A stretch of 64,000 bases of DNA from an uncultured Candidatus Rokubacteria bacterium (GTDB lineage: Bacteria; Methylomirabilota; Methylomirabilia; Rokubacteriales; DASRDR01): the NCBI GenBank assembly GCA_963804185.1, contig CAWDPM010000015.1, forward strand, positions 8,253 to 72,252, read 5' to 3'. The notes below the pieces were generated by a model. It did not search any database, was not told the origin of the DNA, and worked only from the letters and a program-made list of their open reading frames with translations. Below are positions 18,841 to 29,750 of this stretch, piece after piece. Positions within the stretch are counted from its first letter, which is position 1; each line of letters opens with the position of its first letter. Position numbers and translations under genes: made by a program.

Positions 18841-19305
18841 GACGAGGCCAGGTCAATCCGCCAGAAGGAGAGCGGAGTCTACCAGCCGAACCCACGTCGC
18901 CGGCACCGTGTAGCATTCCGCAAATCCAGGTCCCACAACCACGAAACAGCGAAAGAGGCCTCTTCCTTGGCCTTTCAGAAGGCCGTTGAGTCTTGCCCGC
19001 GCGCGGATCTCCGCCGTCGCCCGCGTGCCCCCCGAAGGCAATGGCGTCGGCACGAACTGTCCGTCGAGGCGCCTGGCGAGCTCCGCCATCGCCCCCACCG
19101 GATCGCGATGCTGTTGTCTCGCGAGTCCGAAGGCGTTTCGGGGGACTACCATATTCAGCGCTAACCCTCTTCGCCAGAGTTCGCACGGCCCCTTCTTCGT
19201 CCACGATCAGATCGTGTCGATCATCCGATTCCTCGCCCAAGGGCTTGGGACGGACCAGCCTGGCGCAGGTACCCGCCGCTGGCGAGTCGGCGACGGGCCC
19301 TACCC

Positions 19306-22151
19306 TCACGCCTCATTCACGAGTAGCGCCACCGGAAAGCTCATGAACACCTCGGCTAGTAACAGGGCTCCGCGGTCCACCGTGAGGCGCTCACCGGTCA
19401 GTGGATTGACCAGCCATGATCCCGCCTCGGGCGGCGCGAGCACCCTGGTCTCGTCGCCCCAGTAACTCTTGCCCAGCGGAAGCTGTTCGACCCCACGGCG
19501 GGCCAGCAGGCGGGGGACGACGGTGAGCGCGATGGCCTCCTTCGCGACTCGACCGAAGGCGAGTACGTGGTCGGCGAGCGGTCCGCGGCTTTCCAGGAGT
19601 CGGTACTCGCCGTCAGTGAAGAGTGTCGCGTGAGCCTCGCGGCATGCGAGAGCTTGACGGATCAGGTAAAGTTTGACCCGACCGTCATCTTTCCCGTCTA
19701 CAAGCTCCTGGACGAAGGCCGCCCGATCCGCGGTGTCCGCCACCCTTGCCAGCTCCTCGAGCATGTGTCGCCGGAGTGGCCAGTCGACAGGACGCCGATT
19801 GTCGGGATCGACCAGGTTGAGATCCCAGAGCTCGCTGCCCTGATAGAAGTCGGGAACGCCCGGAGCCGTGATCTTGACGAGGGTCTGGGCCAGCGAGTTG
19901 AACGCGCCGTAGTGGGCCACGCGAGCCTGAAATGGGACGAAACTCTCGAGAAAAGCGGACGAGCGGACCGGATCGAGGATCGCTTCGGCGAAGCGCGTGA
20001 TGGCCTCGTCATAGCGCGTGTTCGGATTGATCCAGCTCGTATGCGATTTGGCTTCACGGATCGCCTTCAGGAGGTAGGCGCGGAACCGCTCGATGCCGAT
20101 GGGCCAGGCCCCGACGAGCGTTTGGTAGATCAGGTATTCGGTATTCGCCCCCGGCGTCGGCCGGGCGTCGACGGTCGTGCGGTGACTTCGGTTCAGCTTC
20201 TGCCAGACGCTGACTCGGCGCCGCCATTCATCCGGAATCTCCGAGAGGACGTTGATCCGGGCTCGCACGTCCTCGCCCCGCTTGGTGTCGTGGGTGGACG
20301 TGGCGGACAGCCCATGGGGGTACGTCCGCTGCCGCTCGTCCATGGCGGTATGGAACTCCGTCACCGGGGTACCGAAGCGGCTCGGGTCGGCTCCGACCTC
20401 GTTGAGCGACACCAACCGGTTGAATCGGTAGAGGGCGGTGTCCTCATACCCTTTGGCGGTCACCGGCGAGGTGATCTGCTGGAACCGCATCGCGAACTCG
20501 AGCCGCTCGCGCCGTTCGGCCTCCTGCGCCCAGGGTGGGAACCGCAGCGTGAGGATGTCCTGGATCCAGTCGTAGATCGACGGACTGGTGAGCGGCGAGC
20601 GGCGTTTCGCCTGCGCCACCGCCCGGGCAATGAACTCGCGGTCGCGCTCGCTCACGCCCCGCTGATCCTCACCCACGTACGTGCGGTAGACGGGAAAGTT
20701 GGCGATGATCTCGGTCAGAGCGTGCGTGAGGCTGCCGAGCGTGAAGTCACGGGAAGAACGATGCTTCTCCGAGATCGCCTTCAGCCGGTTCGCGAGCATG
20801 TTGAGCTCGGAGGACATCGCGGTCTGCATGACGAGGCGCTTGCATTCGTAGACGACCTCCCCAAAGGGCGGGCGCTCTTTGATCAGGCGGGCGTACAGCT
20901 GCTCCATCGCCCGCGCCTGGCTGCGGTCGACGAAGATCCCATTGAGGAGATTGAGGAACTCGTAGCCGGTGGTCCCCGCGATGGGCCAGCTCTGCGGCAG
21001 CGACTCGCCGGGGCTCAGAATCTTCTCGGCCACGATGAAAAATGGTCCATCGACCCCGTGAGCGACGCGGGCACACTCGAGTTGCACGCGCCGGAAGTAT
21101 TCGGCCGGGGCGTAGAGCCCGTCTGGATGGTCGACGCGGAGCCCGGTGACCCGCCCGGCACCGACGAGACGAAGGACGAGCCGGTGCGTCTCGGCGAAGA
21201 CGTCCGGGTCCTCCATGCGGATGGCCGCGAGCTCATTGATGTCGAAGAAGCGTCGGTAGTTGATCTCCTCCCCGGCCACCCGCCAAAAGGCGACCCGGTA
21301 CGCCTGCTCACCCAGCAGCTCGTCGAGAAGGTCGAACGAGCGCGGATCCTCGGGCGTCCCGTTGAAGCAGCGGATGGTCTCGTCGAGGAACGTCTGGACC
21401 TCGGGTGACTGCCGCAGTAAGGCCGCCAGGCGCTCGACTCCCGCCGCTTTGTCCTGAAGGCGCCCCCTCGGTCGCTCCCGGTCCCGGTCGGGCCGTCGGG
21501 GCAAGGGCCGCGAACCAGGTGGTCAGAGCCTTCAGCTCCAGCAGACCGGGGTGCGACGGCCCCAACGCTGGCTTCAAGCTCGTCGATCCGGTGGCCGAGG
21601 ATGCGGCTGTAAGACCGCGGGGCGATCGGCAGGACCGTCTCGTAATAGCGAACGGTGAAGACGCCGTCATTCAGCTCGAGGCGCAGTTCCCCACGCTCCA
21701 GCACGATGCCGTACTGGTCGCCGAGAACGGGCAGCAGTACCTTCCCGGCTAGCTCAGGTTTGGCACGGTTCCAATCGATATCGAATACGTGAGCGTAACG
21801 AGAGCCGGCGCCGTGCTCCAGGAGGTCCAGCCACCAACGGTTGCGATTCCCGGCGATACCCATGTGGTTCGGGACCAGGTCGACGAGGAGACCCAGGCCG
21901 TACCGGCGGAGGGCGTCCGAGAATCGGATGAAGGCGGGCTCGCCGCCGAGCTCCTCACGGATGCGGTTGTGATCGGACACGTCATAGCCATGCGAACTGT
22001 CCGAGCTCGTTTCGAAGAACGGGGAGACATAGCAGTCGGAGATGCCCAAGGCCGCGAGGTAAGGGACGAGCTCGGCCGCATCGTCGAACGTGAGCCGAGG
22101 CCCGAGCTGGAGACGATACGTGGCGAGCGGAATCCGGGGCGAGGCGGGCAT
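19306..22151 (-). CDS. treY: Malto-oligosyltrehalose synthase TreY (GH13), split by an apparent frameshift near 21.50-21.56 kb
   Basis: N-terminal frame (22151-21015): ...ATYRLQLGPRLTFDDAAELVPYLAALGISDCYVSPFFE...VDLVPNHMG. C-terminal frame (21504-19306): ...YRRFFDINELAAIRMEDPDVFAETH...TGLRVDHPDGLYAP... The two frames overlap by ~490 nt. Confidence 0.75.
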
Positions 22152-22154
22152 GGC

Positions 22155-24569
22155 TTACGGGGTCGCTTGGCCCGCGAGGGCGAAGCCGAGCGCATGGAGG
22201 AGGGGCCCCAGCGTGTCACGCGCCTCCGGGTGGTCGCGCCACAGCGCGAAGACTCGGTTCTGCGTGTGCCAGAGCCCGAACCGGAGGCCGATCCGCCTGG
22301 CCCCGAGGACAAGCGTGACGAGGGGGGCCACCCGCTCCGCGGTCACCCGCTCGGCCAGCGCGTCCAGGCTGAGCCCGACCATCAGCCTGATGCTGGGGCG
22401 GGCCGCGGTGCAGTCCAGCTCGAGCCCCAGGGAGCGCGCCTCCTCGGAGATCTCGAAGGCCCGCTCGGGCAGCGTGGTCGAATCGGCGGCGCGTGCGACC
22501 TCGGCCACGAGCTCCTCCTCGAGGACGTACTTGGTGGTGATGCGGAGGACCTCGGGGATCGGGGCGTCGGCCTGGCGCAGATACCGGACCAGCTTGCGGC
22601 TCTCTTCCCAGACGCGTCGGTACGTTTGCTCGTGCTTGCTGAGCACCGCCTGCATCACGCTGGCCAGCACGCGTCGGCGCTGCTCGAGGAACAGGTGCGT
22701 CAGGGAGAACAGGCCCTCGGGGAAGTGCTCGTCGAGCCCTCGCACCGTGTCGGCCATGCTGCGCTGACCGTACCGACGCAGCAGATCGGCCTTCATCGTG
22801 TCGTAGGCGGCCGGATCCTCGTAGGTCCGGATGCCGCACGAGAAGTCGTGGCCCCCGAAGTGCAGGACGGTGTACTGGAGGTCCCGACTCTCGCCGGTGA
22901 TCTCGGTGGCGACCCGGACACGCCCCACGCGCAGCCGGCTCCCATCGTAGTTGTCACCGGCGTCGTCGAGCCGCTTGACCCGCCACGCGTAGATGGACGC
23001 CTCGTCCGGATACTCCTCGAACAACCCACTGATCGCGTAGTGGGCGACCACCCGGCGCAGGTCGACGACGGCTGGCTTGATCAAGGCGCGATAGACCTCG
23101 CCACCGTTCGCGAAGAGCGGCACGTTGGTCGGGGCGGCCTCGAGCCGCCGGACGAATTCGTCCTCCAGGTCTTCGCCCCCAAGGTCCTTCAGGTACTGGA
23201 GGGCCATGGCCGCGTACTTCAGGATCTGGGTGGGCTCGAGCGCCGAGATTTCATCGAAGAACCACCCGCAGGACGTGTACATGAGCAGCCGATTGCGCTC
23301 CATCTCGAGCAATCGGCGAGTCTCCACCTGAGCGGCCGCGTCCAGCAGGACTCGCCGATGACGAGCAAGCCAGGTGGCCAGCCCATCCTGACTGCGATCG
23401 AGGATCACGTCGATGTACGCATCCCGTGCCTCCCAGGGGCTCTTGAGGAGGGCCGAGGCGCGCGATTCGTAGAAGGCGTCGATGTGGTCCCGCAGCCAAT
23501 CCAGCGACTCGCGCAGGGGGGCGCGCCAGCGTTGATGCCAGTCCGCGCGCGTCCGGCATCCGCAATCGCTCCGCCACCGGTCGACCCCATGGGCACAGCT
23601 CCACGAGGTGAGCTCCCGAATCTCGACCTCGAAGGTGGGCGGCTGCTCGGCCAGAAATGCGCCGTAGTTCGTCGGCACTGCGAACCCGTCCGCCTCGATC
23701 TGGGCGATCGCGGCCGCCAACGCCATGTCCCCGAAGGGCTTGTGGTGGCCGTAGGACTCGCCGTCGGTGGCGCAGTGGACGAGCTGCGCCCTATCACGGT
23801 CCGGGACGAAGCCGTCCTTCAGGCGCGCGACGAGGTTCTCGCCCCGGTCCAGGGCGTTCTCGAAGGCGATGGCTCGCGAAATCGGTCCGTCGTAGAAGAA
23901 GATACTGAGCGTCCGGCCTTCAGATCCGCGCCAGAGATAGGGCCGACTCGGATCGACCCGATCGTTGACTTCCTGCCACGCCTCGGTGCCGATCCGGCGG
24001 ATCCGCCAGGCCTGGTGGGGCGCCAGAATCGTGAACTTCATGCCCGCATCCGCGAGAACCCCGAGCGACTCGTTGTCGACGGCGGTCTCCGGCAGCCACA
24101 TTCCCTCGGGGTCACGCCCGAATCGCTCTTGGAAATCCTTCCGTCCCCACAACACCTGCGTCACCTTGTCGCGGCGCGAGGCCAGCGGCAGGATCATGTG
24201 ATTGTAGACTTGGGCGATGGCGTTGCCGTGACCCCCGTGGGCCTGTGCGCTGCGACGGTCGGCCTCGAGGATGCTCTGGTAGACGTGAGGCGCGTGGCGG
24301 TCGAGCCACGAGAGGAGCGTGGGTCCGACATTGAAGGAGATCTTCTCGAAGTTGTTGACGATGTCGATGATGCGGTTGTCCTGGCCGACCCGGCGGGCGG
24401 CGGTGTTCGGCGCGTAGCACTCCGCCGTCACACGCTCGTTCCAGTCATGATAGGGCGCGGCTGAATCCTGAACTTCGACCGCCTCGAGCCACGGATTCTC
24501 GCGCGGTGGCTGGTAGAAGTGGCCGTGGATCGCGACGTAGCGGCCACCCGTCAGAGGACGCGCATTCAT
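22155..24569 (-). CDS. Glycoside hydrolase family 57 protein, large ~800 aa form with a C-terminal extension
   Basis: GH57 hallmark VAIHGHFYQPPRENPW near the N-terminus. The stop is 4 nt from the treY start, and the start overlaps the treZ stop (ATGA). Confidence 0.8.
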   Translation of the reverse strand: MNARPLTGGRYVAIHGHFYQPPRENPWLEAVEVQDSAAPYHDWNERVTAECYAPNTAARRVGQDNRIIDIVNNFEKISFNVGPTLLSWLDRHAPHVYQSILEADRRSAQAHGGHGNAIAQVYNHMILPLASRRDKVTQVLWGRKDFQERFGRDPEGMWLPETAVDNESLGVLADAGMKFTILAPHQAWRIRRIGTEAWQEVNDRVDPSRPYLWRGSEGRTLSIFFYDGPISRAIAFENALDRGENLVARLKDGFVPDRDRAQLVHCATDGESYGHHKPFGDMALAAAIAQIEADGFAVPTNYGAFLAEQPPTFEVEIRELTSWSCAHGVDRWRSDCGCRTRADWHQRWRAPLRESLDWLRDHIDAFYESRASALLKSPWEARDAYIDVILDRSQDGLATWLARHRRVLLDAAAQVETRRLLEMERNRLLMYTSCGWFFDEISALEPTQILKYAAMALQYLKDLGGEDLEDEFVRRLEAAPTNVPLFANGGEVYRALIKPAVVDLRRVVAHYAISGLFEEYPDEASIYAWRVKRLDDAGDNYDGSRLRVGRVRVATEITGESRDLQYTVLHFGGHDFSCGIRTYEDPAAYDTMKADLLRRYGQRSMADTVRGLDEHFPEGLFSLTHLFLEQRRRVLASVMQAVLSKHEQTYRRVWEESRKLVRYLRQADAPIPEVLRITTKYVLEEELVAEVARAADSTTLPERAFEISEEARSLGLELDCTAARPSIRLMVGLSLDALAERVTAERVAPLVTLVLGARRIGLRFGLWHTQNRVFALWRDHPEARDTLGPLLHALGFALAGQATP

Positions 24570-26440
24570 CGCTGGTGCTTAGCGCGCACCGGATGCTCGG
24601 TGTCCCACAGGAACCAACCGACACTCCACGGCGGCAGCGCCGCCCAGCCAGAAGCCGCGAGGCCGAGCGCGTAGAGCCGCCGTCCCCAGTTCTCCTCCGG
24701 GCCCTCGTGCATGACGGCTTTAGCCCCCAGATTCGCCACGAGACGCAGGACTCGTGCACTCGAGAAGATCCACACTATCTCCAAGCCCGTTTCTCCGAGC
24801 AGCCTCGAATCAACCTCGGGTGCGGTCTCTCCGGCCATGAGCGGCGCGATCTCCCGCTCTCGGAGTCGCAGCAGGCTTCGGTGGAAGGCCACCCATTCCT
24901 GGTGGAGGGCCTCGCCGGCCCAACTCCAGTCGAGTGCCGAGCGCTCCCGGCTCTCTGGGGCCTGCGGATCGGGGATACGGCGGCGAGTGTCAGGACTGGC
25001 GAACGCCGGAAAGCGGGCAAACTCCTGCCTCCGTCCTTCCGATACGCGGGGCCCCAGGTCGGGACCCAGATCGCTGAAGAACAGAAACGGCTCACGGGCC
25101 GCCCATTCCTGCCCCATGAAGAGTAGAGGCAGCGACGGGGCCAGAAGCAGCACGGCCGTGGCCGCCCGGACCGCCTCCGCCGAGGCCAGGGTCGTGATGC
25201 GCTCACCGAAGGCCCGGTTACCAACCTGATCGTGATTCTGGAGGAACCCGACGAAGGCCGTCGGTGGCAGGTGCCCGCTCGATTCGCCGCGCGGCCGACC
25301 CTGGAACCGTGAGTAGTCGCCCTGGTACGCGAAGCCCTCGGCGAGGCACCGCCGCAGATGAGAAAGCGGCGGGTGGTAGTCCTGGTAGTAACCACCGCGC
25401 TCACCCGTGAGGAGCACGTGCAGCCCGTGATGGAGATCGTCGTTCCATTGCGCCTGATAGAGAGAGCGACGGCGGGCACCTCGGCGCTCGAGATACCGGG
25501 CCTCGTTGCCGTTGTTCTCGAGCACGAGGTGGACGGCCCGAACCCGACCCGGCCCCTCTGCGACCGCTTGCGCCAGCTCCGTCAAGACGTGCGACGCAGA
25601 CGTGTCGGCCATCGCGTGCACGGAATCGAGGCGAAGGCCGTCGAGGTGATACTCCTCCAACCAGTACAGCGCGTTGTGGATCACGAATGCCCGGACCGCG
25701 TGTGACCCGACGCCATCGAAGTTGATGGCGTCACCCCACGGGGTGTGCCGGTGCGGATTGAAGAAGGCCGGCGCGTAGTGGTGCAGATAGTTCCCCTCGG
25801 GGCCGAAGTGGTTGTAGACGACGTCGAGAAACACGGCGAGCCCGCGTTCGTGACAGGCTTCCACGAGCGCCTTGAGAGCCTCGGGCCTGCCGTAGCTTGA
25901 GTCCGGAGCGAAAGGCAGGACGCCATCGTAACCCCAACCCCAGCGTCCGGGAAAATCGGCAACCGGCATCAGCTCGATCGCCGTCACCCCCAGCGACACG
26001 AGGTGATCGAGTCTCTCAGCGATGCCGGCGAAGGTCCCGGCGGGCGTGAAGGTCCCCACGTGAAGCTCATAGAAGACGAGCCGCTCCGCCGGGATGCCTG
26101 TCCATCGGGCGTCGTGCCACACGTGCGATCGAGGGTCGATCACTTCGCTCGGCCCATGTACGTCATCGGGTTGAAATCGGGATGCCGGGTCCGGGACGAG
26201 CACGTCGTGGTCGATCCTGAACCGATAGCGTGTACCCATTGGCGCGTGGCTCGTGATGATCTCCGCCCATCCCTCGGCGTTCATCGTCATCGGATATCCT
26301 CGAGCGAGATCGTCAAGCCACAGTTCGACGGTTCGGGCGGCCGGGGCCCACAGGCGGAACCGTGTGCTTCCATCGTCCTGCAAGCGGGTGCCAAAGGGCA
26401 TCCGGTACTCACGCCGTGTCGGGTCAGTCGGGTCGGCCAT
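24566..26440 (-). CDS. treZ: Malto-oligosyltrehalose trehalohydrolase TreZ (GH13)
   Basis: Start chosen at MADPTDPTRREYRMPFGTRLQDDGSTRFRLWAP (the ORF extends upstream to 26614). GH13 catalytic regions LAVFLDVVYNHFGPEGNY and GLRLDSVHAM. Confidence 0.8.
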   Translation of the reverse strand: MADPTDPTRREYRMPFGTRLQDDGSTRFRLWAPAARTVELWLDDLARGYPMTMNAEGWAEIITSHAPMGTRYRFRIDHDVLVPDPASRFQPDDVHGPSEVIDPRSHVWHDARWTGIPAERLVFYELHVGTFTPAGTFAGIAERLDHLVSLGVTAIELMPVADFPGRWGWGYDGVLPFAPDSSYGRPEALKALVEACHERGLAVFLDVVYNHFGPEGNYLHHYAPAFFNPHRHTPWGDAINFDGVGSHAVRAFVIHNALYWLEEYHLDGLRLDSVHAMADTSASHVLTELAQAVAEGPGRVRAVHLVLENNGNEARYLERRGARRRSLYQAQWNDDLHHGLHVLLTGERGGYYQDYHPPLSHLRRCLAEGFAYQGDYSRFQGRPRGESSGHLPPTAFVGFLQNHDQVGNRAFGERITTLASAEAVRAATAVLLLAPSLPLLFMGQEWAAREPFLFFSDLGPDLGPRVSEGRRQEFARFPAFASPDTRRRIPDPQAPESRERSALDWSWAGEALHQEWVAFHRSLLRLREREIAPLMAGETAPEVDSRLLGETGLEIVWIFSSARVLRLVANLGAKAVMHEGPEENWGRRLYALGLAASGWAALPPWSVGWFLWDTEHPVRAKHQR

Positions 26441-27116
26441 AGCCTCGCCAAGGCTTGTGGGCCCGGTCGCTCTATGCGCCGGGCCTCTGTCGGCTAACCC
26501 CGCGCCATCATGGGTAACCCAAACATGCTCAGTGACCGTCGGGAACCAGATCCTTTGTGACGGGCTTGACGGCGTGGTCGGCACGACATCCAGAAACCCA
26601 ATGATCTTGGCCAAGGCTACGATGGATACGACTGTCGCGCCCGCCCGGAGAGATGACGTCGACGCGGATGTCCACTACAGGCGCATCCGACTCGGGAGCT
26701 GTCACATCGAGTTCGAGGACGCCGCCGCAGAGTCGCGTGCTCGTGGCAGGGACGACCCTCAACACGGGTATGCGCTCTTGCCGTAACGCCGGCAACGGCA
26801 GGACAGGGCAGTCACACGCGATTCGTTGCGGCGTCGCCACGCATCAGGCTCCTGTCCGGGAGGCGCGGGGGCTCATGTCGTTCGCCCGAGCCGGCGGTAC
26901 CGGCGAGCTGCTCATGCTCTGACGCCGTCGGCGAGACCGCCGGCTCGGCGAATGTGCGCATGTCGGCGGCTCCGATCTCGCCGGCCTTGGTCCGATTGTA
27001 CGGGAAGGCTGCCGCCAGTGCCTGAGTCTTCTGCATCCGGGTCACGGCGCCGTCGTCCTTGGGGCACGTCGCGACGGCATTCTGATCTGGTGTGACAATC
27101 GCCTGCAGGCCGTCAA

Positions 27117-27350
27117 ATGGCGGAACTACACAGTGCACTTCTATCAGCAAGAACCATGGTGTCGCCCCCAGTGAAGCGTGCGCTGCCGCACCTCTTCAAT
27201 CTTTACACGAACCCTCGCGAGGATCAGAACAAGCCAGTCATGGATAGCTGGATCCTCGGACCGGTCCTGAGGATGGTGGCTGACTTCGAAGAGAGCGTGA
27301 AGAAGCACCCGCTCATCCCGATGGGTACCCCGGACCCGTATCAGCCATGA
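27117..27350 (+). pseudogene. Possible 3' remnant of a sulfatase-like gene (C-terminal ~75 codons only); low confidence
   Basis: ...LPHLFNLYTNPREDQNKPVMDSWILGPVLRMVADFEESVKKHPLIPMGTPDPYQP*, a lower-GC patch. The LxNLxxDPxExxN-like motif resembles sulfatase C-termini. No upstream body is present. Confidence 0.25.
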
Positions 27351-27483
27351 CTAGCGGGTGGTCGGTGCGCCGAAGTTCGCGCCGTACCACCTCGAGATCA
27401 TCTCCACGCCGATCGATCTCGTCGCATCCACCATCAGGACCTTGAGCCCGGCGAAGGGTGGATCGTCATCGAGCGAGGCCACC

Positions 27484-28521
27484 TCAGGCCCCGTCGTCGA
27501 GCCGGTAAACGCGGGCGGCGGTGTCGTGGTAGAGCTTCGCCTTCTCCACGGCGCTGTAGCCGGCTGTGAGGCGCTTGAACGAGTTCCAGAGCACGTTGTA
27601 GCTGCAGGTGACCATGTCGACCGGGAAGTTGCTCTCGAACATGCAGCGGTCTGTGCCGAAGCACTCGATGGTGTGCTCGTAGTAGCGCCGGGTGGCCTGC
27701 ATCAGCTCTTCGCTCGACGGCGGCTTCGCCTTCTGGTGCCAGCCGAAGCCGTTCAGCTCCATGTTGATGCCGCCGAGCTTGGCGACCACGTTGGGACAGC
27801 GCGCCAGCTCGGCGATGTCCTGCCGCCAAACGGGGAAGATCTCATCCTGCCTGCCTTCATAGGGGCCGATGCCGAGCGGGCCGCCGAAGTGGTTGAGGAC
27901 GATCGTGGTGTCCGGATAGGCGCGGGCCAGCTCGGTCAGCTCCGGGATCTGCATGTGGTAGCACCAGCCCTCGAAGCTGAGCCGGCGCGGCGCCAGTTCA
28001 GCGAGGCCTTCGCGGAACCTGGGGTCGCGATACTCGTGCGGGCTCTTGACGCCGCGGCCGTTGGCGACCTGGTCGCTGGCGTCCCAAGTGCCCTGGTCGC
28101 GGATGCCGCGGAAGCGGCCGCCACCCGCGGCGATGTGCGCGTCCAGTACCTCGCCCACTTTCGCGCCCAGCATCAGCTCGGCGGTGGCGACGATGCCGGC
28201 GGCGATGCGACAGTCGCCGTAGAGCTCGGAGGCGCTCATCGCCGCGATGCCGTTAACGAACTCGGTCTCGCCGACGACGCGCAGGTGCTCCGGTCCCGAG
28301 CGCTTGTACATGGCACCGCACTCGATGAACACGGTGGAGACGACGTTGTGGCCGGCATTCACGTCCTCGAGGAGCTCGTTCAGCAGGTAGCGATGCGCCA
28401 CCCGCTCGTGACGGAACTCCCAGAGATGGTGGTGCGGGTCGCAGATCGGCAGCTCCGGCTCCAACGTCTCCTCGACCGTCAGGTCGAGCCACGTCTTGTT
28501 GCTCGGGCTTGGTTGCATGTG
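27484..28521 (-). CDS. Amidohydrolase-2 family metal-dependent hydrolase (ACMSD/lactonase-like TIM barrel)
   Basis: Start at MQPSPSNKTWLDLTVEE...; ICDPHHHLWEF metal-binding HxH; LNHFGGPLG; C-terminal FESNFPVD. Confidence 0.75.
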   Translation of the reverse strand, partial: HMQPSPSNKTWLDLTVEETLEPELPICDPHHHLWEFRHERVAHRYLLNELLEDVNAGHNVVSTVFIECGAMYKRSGPEHLRVVGETEFVNGIAAMSASELYGDCRIAAGIVATAELMLGAKVGEVLDAHIAAGGGRFRGIRDQGTWDASDQVANGRGVKSPHEYRDPRFREGLAELAPRRLSFEGWCYHMQIPELTELARAYPDTTIVLNHFGGPLGIGPYEGRQDEIFPVWRQDIAELARCPNVVAKLGGINMELNGFGWHQKAKPPSSEELMQATRRYYEHTIECFGTDRCMFESNFPVDMVTCSYNVLWNSFKRLTAGYSAVEKAKLYHDTAARVYRLDDGA

Positions 28522-28839
28522 TCCCTCCGTCACGAAATCCCGGCGATCGCCCGGTGCCTCAGCCGGGCTGCGGGTCCCCTCAGTCCTACGGTGTGACGTT
28601 CCATGCCCCGTGGCAGGCGTGTCGTTCGACACCGAGCGCATCCCAGCTCCCGTGTGGGCGACTGCACATTAGATAGTGTAGGCTGCACAGTCTAGTGTGC
28701 AGTGTCCGCGAACCCTGCGATTTGTTGGTGGTTCGCGTCGCTCGACGTGCCCGCCGCGAAACCCGGTGCCTGTCCAGTGTGCACTCCATCCCGGGCAGCA
28801 CGCGCTGCCAGCGCCCAAGTCCGCCGGCGTGAAGGCGAA

Positions 28840-29308
28840 CTAGCGCTTCTCGCCGGGAAGGCGCACCCGCGTGTCGCCGGATTCTGGGTGCGGCCGGACG
28901 CTGGTGTAGCCCGCGTCGGTCGTGTAGATCACGACCATGCGGCTGTCGGGCGCCCGCCTCGATGCAGTGCGCGAGCCCGGCCGGCAGGCTCACCAGGCTG
29001 CCGGGCGTGAGCGGCACGGCTTCCCGCTCCTCGAACGTCACCGCGCCCCGGCCCTCGACGCAGAACACGACCTCGGCGCGAAGTTCGGGTCGGCTACCAC
29101 GGCCTCGTGGCCCAAGGCCTCCAAGCACCGGGCTACCCACTCGCTTTCTGTCGACGCCTCGAGCAATCCGGACCCGCGGCCGCCCGCCCAGCACCTCGGC
29201 GAACCGCTGGGGCTCGGTGCGGATCCGGCATTCCCTCAACTGACCCCCTTCGCTGAGGATGCAGATCTGGCTTTCCTTCTTGTGCAGGGCGATGCCAACA
29301 TAGTCCAT
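28840..29308 (-). pseudogene. Chimeric remnant: the first ~48 codons of an IS110-family transposase fused to a frameshifted cupin-domain gene
   Basis: From ATG 29308: MDYVGIALHKKESQICILSEGGQLRECRIRTEPQRF (compare MDHVGIDLGKRESQIAILTEDGELINRRIRTERPRL at 42117). Then cupin beta-strands VVFCVEGRGAVTFEEREAVPLTPGSLVSLPAGLAHCIE. The C-terminal end continues in another frame (MVVIYTTDAGYTSVRPHPESGDTRVRLPGEKR*). Confidence 0.4.
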
Positions 29309-29341
29309 GGCTGGCCCCCTCTCGTGCGCCCGTGAACGCGT

Positions 29342-29740
29342 GTGCTTTCGGTGGGGCAGTGTATGCCACCACGTCGAGCTGGGGGTCAGCCGCTTCATCC
29401 CTTCTATGCGCTTTACCCGGCCTTCACGCGGTTCAACGTTTTCTTGCGCGACCGCTTCACCTGCCAATATTGCGGCGACGACGAGGACCTCACCTTCGAC
29501 CATCTCGTGCCGCGCTCGCGCGGCGGCCTGACGCGCTGGGAAAACGTGGTCACGGCCTGCGCGCCCTGCAATCTGATGAAGGGCGGCAAGCTGCCGGCCG
29601 AGGCGCATATGCACCCGGCGCAGAAGCCCTACCGCCCGACCGTGTTCGAGCTGCACCGCAACGGCCGGCTCTTCCCGCCGAACTATCTGCACGAGAGCTG
29701 GGTCGACTATCTCTACTGGGATACTGAGCTCGAGCCGTAA
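29342..29740 (+). CDS. Standalone HNH endonuclease
   Basis: RFTCQYCG...DLTFDHLVPRSRGGLTRWENVVTACAPCNLMKGGK, a complete HNH/zinc-finger motif. An alternative start is at 29363. Confidence 0.75.
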   Translation: MLSVGQCMPPRRAGGQPLHPFYALYPAFTRFNVFLRDRFTCQYCGDDEDLTFDHLVPRSRGGLTRWENVVTACAPCNLMKGGKLPAEAHMHPAQKPYRPTVFELHRNGRLFPPNYLHESWVDYLYWDTELEP

Positions 29741-29750
29741 GCGCGCACGG

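Noticed and set aside
18631-19164. 177-aa plus-strand ORF in the treY-downstream intergenic region
   Set aside because: It has no motifs and poor codon bias. The region is better explained by the repeat/operator array and the neighbouring minus-strand genes.
19567-24464. Very long plus-strand ORFs (613 aa at 19567-21408 and 891 aa at 21789-24464)
   Set aside because: They are antisense shadows of treY and the GH57 gene. The composition is dominated by R, G, D, E, P and V repeats, and no motifs are present.
27358-28596. 412-aa plus-strand ORF
   Set aside because: It is antisense to the amidohydrolase-2 gene. It has low-complexity, Ala/Gly/Val/Asp-rich composition.
28586-29692. 368-aa minus-strand ORF read as a single gene
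   Set aside because: It is a concatenation of unrelated pieces: antisense of the HNH gene, an IS110 N-terminal stub, and a frameshifted cupin. It is better described as the chimeric remnant at 28840-29308.
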